From: an uncultured Verrucomicrobiae bacterium
Lineage (GTDB): Bacteria; Verrucomicrobiota; Verrucomicrobiia; Chthoniobacterales; Terrimicrobiaceae
Assembly: GCA_963706955.1 (NCBI GenBank)
Contig: CAVPOC010000006.1
Location: 192,001-256,000, forward strand
Direction: 5' to 3'
DNA length: 64,000 bases
Shown here: in pieces, positions 58,079 to 64,000 of the stretch
Layout: each line of letters begins with the position of its first letter
Position numbering within the stretch: position 1 is the first letter of the stretch
The notes under the pieces: generated by a model
What the model was told of the DNA's origin: nothing
Database searches by the model: none
Seen by the model: only the letters and a program-made list of their open reading frames with translations
Made by a program: the position numbers and the translations under genes

Positions 58079-59504
58079 GGAAGTATCCGAAGTTTTGTGT
58101 TTAGGGTCAGTTTTGTTTTTCTTCGGTTGGCCTCGATTTTGCCACGCGCGGGAGCGCCCAGCAGTTCCCCCCGAGCCGCGGGGTTATGGGGGCGCGTAGC
58201 CCCCATTCCAAAGGCGTAAGCCTCATTTGTTAAATCTCTCCCCGAATTGGATGGCGAACTGGGTCGCGGCCGCTCTCCAAGTTACTGGTGGACTTTTCCA
58301 TCGTTTAGTGATGTTTCGCAAGGCCAGATAGATGAGCTTAGTGGCCGCCTCATCGCTGGGGAAGTGCCCCCGATTCTTAAGCACCTTGCGCAGCTGCATA
58401 TGCAAACTTTCAATGGCATTGGTCGTGTAAATGATTTTTCGCACCTCCGGAGCGAAACCGTAAAAGGGAATGATTTGTTCCCAGTTGCGGCGCCAGCTCT
58501 CGGCAATCATAGGATATTTTCTGTCCCAGGGCCCGGCTTCGAATTCCGCCAACCGCTTAGCGGCGGCCTCGGCGGTTTCGGCCCGGTAAATGGTCTTCAG
58601 TTCGCGAGCTAACGCCTGGCGCTCCTTCCAGCCGCAAAAGGAGAGGCAATAACGGCTTAAATGCACGATGCAGGTCTGCACGCTTGTCAGTGGGAAGACT
58701 GCGGCGATAGCCTCCGGAAAGCCCTTAAGCCCATCGATCACCGCGATTAGGATGTCCTCCACTCCGCGGTTTCGCAGCTCGTTCATGACCTTGAGCCAGA
58801 ACTTGGCTCCCTCGTTCTGTTCGATCCAAATGCCCAGGACATCCTTGGTCCCGTCCGCAGCGATGCCCAGGGCCAGATACACCGCTTTGTTCCTCACGCT
58901 TCCCTCATCGCGGATCTTCACTCGCAGCGCGTCGAAATAGACCACTGGATAGCTGCGCTCCAGAGGCCGATTCTGCCACTCGACAACCGCTTCCAGCACC
59001 GAATTGGTTACCGTGCTGATAAAGTCGGCGCTCACCTCCACCTTGTATTGATCAAGCAGAAAGCCCTGGATCTCACGCACTGTCATCCCGCGCGCATACA
59101 TCGCGATGATCTTCTCATCGAAGCCTTCAAAGCGCTTCTGTCCTTTAGCGATCAATAAGGGCTCAAAGCTCCCGCTCCGATCCCGGGGAACTTCGATTTT
59201 CATTGCTCCGTCTTCCCCAACCACTGTCTTCTCGCTGTAGCCGTTGCGATGGTTGTCGACCTCTTCGGGCGCTTCGCCTTTGGCGTAGCCAAGATGATGG
59301 GTGAGTTCCCCGGCAAGGGCTCTCTCCACAACGCGCTTCTTTAGTTGCGCGATCAGCCCGTTTTCTCCAAGGACCGCCTCCGCGCTGACGCCATGCTTCT
59401 CCAACAGCGCGTCGATCAAGTCGTCGCACTTCGTTTCCTTCTTCTCTTTGGTCATTTTCTTTTATCTCAGGCTATGACCCACACACAAACTTTCTGATAC
59501 CCTC
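58079..59504 (-). mobile_element. IS256-family element with 8-bp target duplication
   Basis: TSD CTCGACGG at 58071-58078 and 59505-59512; IRs GGAAGTATCCGAAGTTTTGTGT and GAGGGTATCAGAAAGTTTGTGT. Confidence 0.93.
58223..59455 (-). CDS. IS256 family transposase, intact
   Basis: RNGY, VPRDR, MYARGM..REI, DAL, DGLKGF, QTCIVH, YTTNAIES. Confidence 0.96.
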   Translation of the reverse strand: MTKEKKETKCDDLIDALLEKHGVSAEAVLGENGLIAQLKKRVVERALAGELTHHLGYAKGEAPEEVDNHRNGYSEKTVVGEDGAMKIEVPRDRSGSFEPLLIAKGQKRFEGFDEKIIAMYARGMTVREIQGFLLDQYKVEVSADFISTVTNSVLEAVVEWQNRPLERSYPVVYFDALRVKIRDEGSVRNKAVYLALGIAADGTKDVLGIWIEQNEGAKFWLKVMNELRNRGVEDILIAVIDGLKGFPEAIAAVFPLTSVQTCIVHLSRYCLSFCGWKERQALARELKTIYRAETAEAAAKRLAEFEAGPWDRKYPMIAESWRRNWEQIIPFYGFAPEVRKIIYTTNAIESLHMQLRKVLKNRGHFPSDEAATKLIYLALRNITKRWKSPPVTWRAAATQFAIQFGERFNK

Positions 59505-59934
59505 CTCGACGGTGGCGCTGCCCAGCTTCATGAGGCGCGCGAGAGCCGAGGCACAAATGCCTTCGTGATGCTGGCTATAGACCTTCTGTCGCCAGGGTTC
59601 GGTGCTGCGCTTCCAGGGCCGCAAACCGGGCGTCTCGGGCAGAAAGCTGCGACCGCATGCCCGGCACTCAAAGCGCCGGGTTTCGATATGAAGAAGGCTC
59701 GGCAACCCAAAGGAGTTTAGATGCCGAGCGCGCCGTCGATAACGCCCTTTAGCTACGATGCGGGGGCTGGCGCAGCACCGACAGCAATCGGGTTCCCTTT
59801 CCAGTTCCAAGTGCACGAGCACTTGCTTGTTGCTTTCGCTCCGCAAGACGCGGTAGCCTCTTAGTCCGATATCACACACAGGGGGCATGGTGGTCTTTCA
59901 TTGACCCCATGTCCCCACTTTTTGATGGAGAGCC

Positions 59935-61068
59935 TGAAAGCCCTCGGTGATGCCATTGTTTTTGGTGAAGCGCCACATGGCGGCGAGAGGTTCTCTCCAG
60001 GCCGACAAGGTTTGAGCGAGAGTAAGGAGCGAGGGGAAGGCACTGGCTTTAAGCTCATCGATAAAATCGAGGAGTTTCTTAGTGAGAGGACGGCAGGCGC
60101 GTTTTGTTTGATGTTTGAGGTTGAGGAGAGCGCGAAGTCGATGCATGGCGTCATAGAGGGGCGCGAGAGCAGGATATTTAGCAAAGAGCGCCCTGAGGCG
60201 CTGGCGGTCAATGGGCGAGAGGTTGTCCTGTCGTTTACGCAGGGCAGCCAGGGAGCCGCGATGGTTCGTGATAGGAGGGGCGATCTGACGGGCCAGCTCC
60301 AGGAAGTGTTGGATGACAATGCGGATGACATGGAAGCGATCGGCAACGATCTTGGCTCTGGGGAAATAGGAAGCAATCAGGCTGCGGTAGGGACTTGAGA
60401 GATCGATGCAAACCACGCGAACCTTGTCTCTGCCTTGGAGAGCGGCCAGAAAGGAGCGCAGATCCCTTGGACTGCGGCCGGCAACAATATCGAAGACCCG
60501 GTGGTTCTTAAGATCACAGAAGGTGGTGGCAAAACGTTGCCCCTTGTGAAGGGTGTGCTCGTCGATACCGAGAACCCGAGGGCATTGAAGACTCAAGCGT
60601 TCCCTGGCCTTGCGAGAGGTAAATTCCCCGTAGATGCGCTCCACGGTGGCGCTCCCCAGCTTCATAAGGCGCGCGAAAGCCGAGGCGCAAATGCCTTCAT
60701 GGTGCTGGATGTAGACCTTCTGCCGCCAGGGTTCGGTGCTGCGCTTCCAGGGCCGCAATCCGGGCGTCTCGGGAAGGAAACTGCGACCACAAGCCCGACA
60801 CTCAAAGCGCCGGGTCTCGATCTGAAGAAGGCTCGGTAAGCCAAAGGAATTTAGATGCCGAGCGCGCCGTCGGTAACGTCCTTTGGCGACAATGCGCGGG
60901 CTGGCACAGCACCGACAGCAATCGGGTTCCCTTTCCAGTTCCAAGTGCACGAGCACTTGCCGATTGCTTTCGCTCCGCAAGACGCGGTAGCCTCTTAGTC
61001 CGATATCACACACAGGGGGCATGGTGGTCTTTCATTGACCCCATGTCCCCACTTTTTGATGGAGAGCC
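59935..61068 (-). mobile_element. ISL3-family element (copy B), 3'-truncated; transposase starts at 61022
   Basis: Same left IR as copy A (ends 61068); the transposase breaks after NGITEGF exactly at the copy A IR. Confidence 0.88.
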
Positions 61069-61249
61069 CAACCACCGCTACGAACACCGTCTTGAAACAG
61101 TTTTACGAACCCGAGATTCGGGGCGGGATGGGGTTTCCGACTTTTTCGGCATACCCAACGGATTCTAGATCCTATCAGTCAATATTGCAAAAGTGCCTGA
61201 ATGGGATTTGCGGGTATCGTCTCGCCTTACGCACCTCCTTGTCATCTCA

Positions 61250-61408
61250 CTAATCACCCAACAACAATCTTGCTAACCCAAGGGTGATGGAAATGAGCAT
61301 GATAAGGGGTAGTAGGCACACAAACCAAGTGAAGATCCAGACAGCATTACAGAAAAACGTCAGGCAGATGTCCAGAATGTTATCATCATCATCTCTTCTG
61401 GTGTTCAT
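61250..61408 (-). CDS. Putative small membrane protein (52 aa)
   Basis: MNTRRDDDDNILDICLTFFCNAVWIFTWFVCLLPLIMLISITLGLARLLLGD; below the ORF-track cutoff. Confidence 0.4.
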   Translation of the reverse strand: MNTRRDDDDNILDICLTFFCNAVWIFTWFVCLLPLIMLISITLGLARLLLGD

Positions 61409-61782
61409 AGGGGGGAACGTCAGTTGATCATTTATTATTACTCTCCTCCCAAAAGGGCTTGCTGTCTCCCTCTTTTGACTCGGCCACTACATTGTGCCGA
61501 CAAGATCCTATCACAACTATAAACCCCGAGAGAAAAAAAGACACGTTCCGAATTGGCCAGAACCAACACCGGAAGCCCTTGCCTTGTTCAATGATCATGT
61601 AACTTTTGCGGACGTTTTAACCAACAAGTTTACGGGAAATCCTATCTTCCCTTCGGCTCTTACGCCTTCGAGGATTTAAGGCAGGAGATCCTCTTGCTGA
61701 TCTACAAGACAATAACCCTCATACTTCTCTCGATATCGGTGTCCCTTGCCGGAGGTAACAGAAAGGACGTCGTTTATTAACA

Positions 61783-61828
61783 CTGCTTCACACGCAGGAA
61801 GTCGCAGGTTCGAACCCTGCATCGCGCA
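61783..61828 (+). pseudogene. 3' half of host tRNA-Val(CAC); attR
   Basis: CTGCTTCACAC-GCAGG-AAGTC-GCAGG-TTCGAAC-CCTGC-ATCGCGC-A; ATCGCGC pairs with GCGCGAT at 55911. Confidence 0.92.
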
Positions 61829-61882
61829 GGTCTGTTTCACTAGTTCCACGCTGACGGAAGCAGCGAGAGCCGTTCACCTGAG

Positions 61883-62272
61883 TTAGTCTGCTTGGTTGCG
61901 TAGTGGCGCGAGTGGTGGAAGGAAGAAGCGGCGGGCAGCGAGAAGCCCCGCGAAGGCGGCGACGCCCAGGAGAATGTCGATGGTTGCCAACTCCGGCTTC
62001 AGCATTTTCCGCGCGACCACGAAAGCGAGAAGCTCCAATACCGCCATAAGGTCGTGGGTAACGAGAGTGCGAATCAGTTCCACGCTAATGACGAGCAACA
62101 GAGCTCGATAGATCAGCTCGTAGAAGGTTTCCGTCGTGCTCCAATCCATCTGAATCAGCGCGACGGTACTCTCGTAGGCGAAGGCAACGACACCCAGGAG
62201 AATCCCGAAAGCCAGCAGGCGTTCGAGTCCAGTCGCGAGCCTCTTGGCAGACCGAATTACGAGGTCATTCAT
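61883..62272 (-). CDS. PsiE-like membrane protein
   Basis: Three to four TM helices; LLLVISVELIRTL, E.....VARKML. Confidence 0.7.
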   Translation of the reverse strand: MNDLVIRSAKRLATGLERLLAFGILLGVVAFAYESTVALIQMDWSTTETFYELIYRALLLVISVELIRTLVTHDLMAVLELLAFVVARKMLKPELATIDILLGVAAFAGLLAARRFFLPPLAPLRNQAD

Positions 62273-62494
62273 GCAAATGTAACGGGCAGTCTATGGCGGT
62301 CCAGTAACGCCGCGCGAGTGTTTTGTGAAGGCTCCGAAATGGCCGGCGGATGCACGCCGCGGGCCGGCTCTTCCCCTTCGCGCGTGGCACTTTGGGACTT
62401 AGAAAACCTTCCGAATGGGAAAATCGAAGGCGACGAAAAGCGCAGACAAGTTTGGCCGGGCCCAATCGAAGGATCGGAGTCGCGCCGTCGGTCT

Positions 62495-62692
62495 CTATCC
62501 GCCTGCGGCCACGTTTAAGATCTCGATCTCGTCACCGTCGGAGAGTGCAGTCTGCGGCCACTCAGAGCGCAACAGCGCCACCCCGTTGTGTTCCACCAAA
62601 ATTGCTTCACGGACGAGCGCAAGCTTATTTACCAAATCGTCAACATTTTTGGAGTTAACAGATTCATTTTGGCCATTTAGGACGATTTCCAT
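62495..62692 (-). CDS. thiS: Sulfur carrier protein ThiS
   Basis: MEIVLNG, VEHNG, L.DGD.IEI, C-terminal GG; adjacent to thiH. Confidence 0.93.
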   Translation of the reverse strand: MEIVLNGQNESVNSKNVDDLVNKLALVREAILVEHNGVALLRSEWPQTALSDGDEIEILNVAAGG

Positions 62693-62723
62693 GGATCGCG
62701 TAGCAGGCGAAGGGGGGCCACGC

Positions 62724-63836
62724 TCAGGCCGCATTTAGGATGGCGGCATCCCAATCCTTCCAGACCGGTTCGAGGCCCAATTCGCGCAAACGGGAGGCAA
62801 CCACATCGGGTGGTCGGTTGTCTGAAACGGCAAATTGACCCTCGGCGAGCTCTCCAGCAGCGGCGACTTGGCGGCCGCGCGTTGTATGGTGCAGGTTTCG
62901 TTTTCCCTGGCCCGTGTAACCACCCGGCTCAGTGTGACTGCCGGCGCTCATCATGGTAACACCCAAGGGCGCTACGGTATCGCGCAAGGCTGGGGACTCG
63001 CGCGTGCTGAGGACGATCCCGATTTGCGGAAAGGTCATTCGCAGGGCGCAGAGCACTTGAATGAATTCACGGTCCGGCAGGGGATGTGTCGGATGGAAAT
63101 CGCCCGCGGCCGGGCGCAGCCGCGGCAGGCTGACAGTAATCTGCGCTTTCCAGCACTTACGCAAAAGGTATTCAAGATGTGCCGCGAGAGCTACGGCCTC
63201 CTCCCGCCAGTGCCACAGCCCGAAGAGCGCGCCGATCCCAATGCGCCGAAAGCCCGCCTGATAAGCGCGTTCGGCGCAGTCAAGCCGCCAGTCGAAGTTC
63301 TTCTTGGGTCCGGCAAGATGCATTTTCGCATATGTCGGAGGATGGTACGTCTCCTGATAGACAAGGAGTCCTTCGGCGCCCGCACGAACAAGGGGCACAT
63401 AATCGGCGACCTCCATCGGGGCGACCTCAAGACTTAGACTCGGGACCATCGGCGAGAGGCGGCGAATGCACCGCCTGAGATAATCGCCTGAGACGAACTT
63501 GGGATGCTCACCCGCAACCAGCAGAATATTCCGAAATCCCTGATTCAAAATATGGACTGCCTCGGTCGCGACCTCTTCAATTTCGAGAGTTACACGGAGA
63601 ATGGCATTTTCCCGGGAGAATCCGCAGTAGGCGCAGGAATTGATGCATTCGTTAGAGAGATAAAGTGGAGCAAACATGCGCATCGTGCGGCCGAAGTAGC
63701 GTCGGGTGATGGCGGCGGATTCGCGGGCGAGCAGCTCGAGTTCGGCATCCGAACGCGGAGAGAGGAGAGCATCGAATTTCTCCAGGATCGGCGACCTGTC
63801 TTTAATCCGGTTCACTAGTTCAGAAGAGAATGGCAT
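62724..63836 (-). CDS. thiH: 2-iminoacetate synthase (radical SAM)
   Basis: FAPLYLSNECINSCAYCGFS, YQETY, GALFGL, S.PRLRP, STRE, SAGS.T.PGGY, PVWKDWD. Confidence 0.96.
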   Translation of the reverse strand: MPFSSELVNRIKDRSPILEKFDALLSPRSDAELELLARESAAITRRYFGRTMRMFAPLYLSNECINSCAYCGFSRENAILRVTLEIEEVATEAVHILNQGFRNILLVAGEHPKFVSGDYLRRCIRRLSPMVPSLSLEVAPMEVADYVPLVRAGAEGLLVYQETYHPPTYAKMHLAGPKKNFDWRLDCAERAYQAGFRRIGIGALFGLWHWREEAVALAAHLEYLLRKCWKAQITVSLPRLRPAAGDFHPTHPLPDREFIQVLCALRMTFPQIGIVLSTRESPALRDTVAPLGVTMMSAGSHTEPGGYTGQGKRNLHHTTRGRQVAAAGELAEGQFAVSDNRPPDVVASRLRELGLEPVWKDWDAAILNAA

Positions 63837-64000
63837 GTGTTGAACAAACCTTAATTAACCACATAGCAATCAAGACTCAAAGAAAACGCTTCGGCTCCAT
63901 CAGAATTGGCTCTGTGCTCCCGCTCGTCGCTCGCTAGATTGCACGGGTGTTTGAAAAATCTCTCTTTGGCGAGCGTCTGGCCAGCGGCAGCGGAATCCAG

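Larger units (their letters stand above)
57278..59888 (-). pseudogene. ISL3 transposase, disrupted by IS256
   Basis: Zn-finger N-terminus (59505-59888), LGIDE, VCIDLS, VADRFH, NGITEGFHRKIKLIQRRAYGF.NF.NYRLR. Confidence 0.9.
57233..59934 (-). mobile_element. ISL3-family element (copy A), interrupted by IS256
   Basis: Imperfect terminal IRs GGGTCTCCACCAAATTTTGGGGA and (revcomp) GGCTCTCCATCAAAAAGTGGGGA; about 1.27 kb once IS256 is removed. Confidence 0.87.
55937..61793. mobile_element. Degenerate integrative island inserted in the tRNA-Val(CAC) anticodon arm
   Basis: 11-bp direct repeat CTGCTTCACAC at 55937-55947 and 61783-61793, between complementary tRNA halves; AT-richer ends; IS load; no integrase seen. 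Confidence 0.88.

Noticed and set aside
55911..61828. Trans-spliced tRNA or a group I intron in the anticodon loop
   Set aside because: The 11-bp duplicated core, IS cargo and opposite-strand genes fit DNA integration; no intron core or bulge-helix-bulge motif was recognised.
63837..64000. TPP riboswitch upstream of thiH
   Set aside because: The conserved CTGAGA and CCTGA…TAAT…GCG elements were not found in the visible leader.

Overview
A 64-kb chromosomal segment from a GC-rich bacterium. Gene families and the dnaK-groES-groEL order suggest Verrucomicrobiota (Chthoniobacterales-like), which is an inference. Single-base frameshifts occur even in essential genes (dnaK, groES), so most are probably long-read indel errors. 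Core content: a ketoacyl synthase, MATE and CPA2 transporters, xth, two divergent RND efflux loci around a TetR gene, dnaK-groES-groEL, thiE, recN, two PilT-like ATPases, a DEAD-box helicase and thiS/thiH. Accessory content: a ~7-kb secreted clan GH-A glycoside hydrolase-like gene with four PA14 domains, and a ~5.8-kb island. The island is the most striking feature. It is inserted in the anticodon arm of a host tRNA-Val(CAC) and leaves it as two halves (55911-55947 and 61783-61828) that share an 11-bp core, CTGCTTCACAC. It does not rebuild the host tRNA. Instead it carries a different, intact tRNA-Val(CAC) (57136-57207) that lacks the att core. It has no recognisable integrase and contains nested ISL3 and IS256 elements. 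Other notable signals: a sigma54-type promoter with upstream heptamer repeats before dnaK, a tandem TetR operator, a GTAG-type REP doublet with compensatory changes, a pilT-pilT-transglutaminase-like operon, and a candidate nucleoid-associated/silencer protein.
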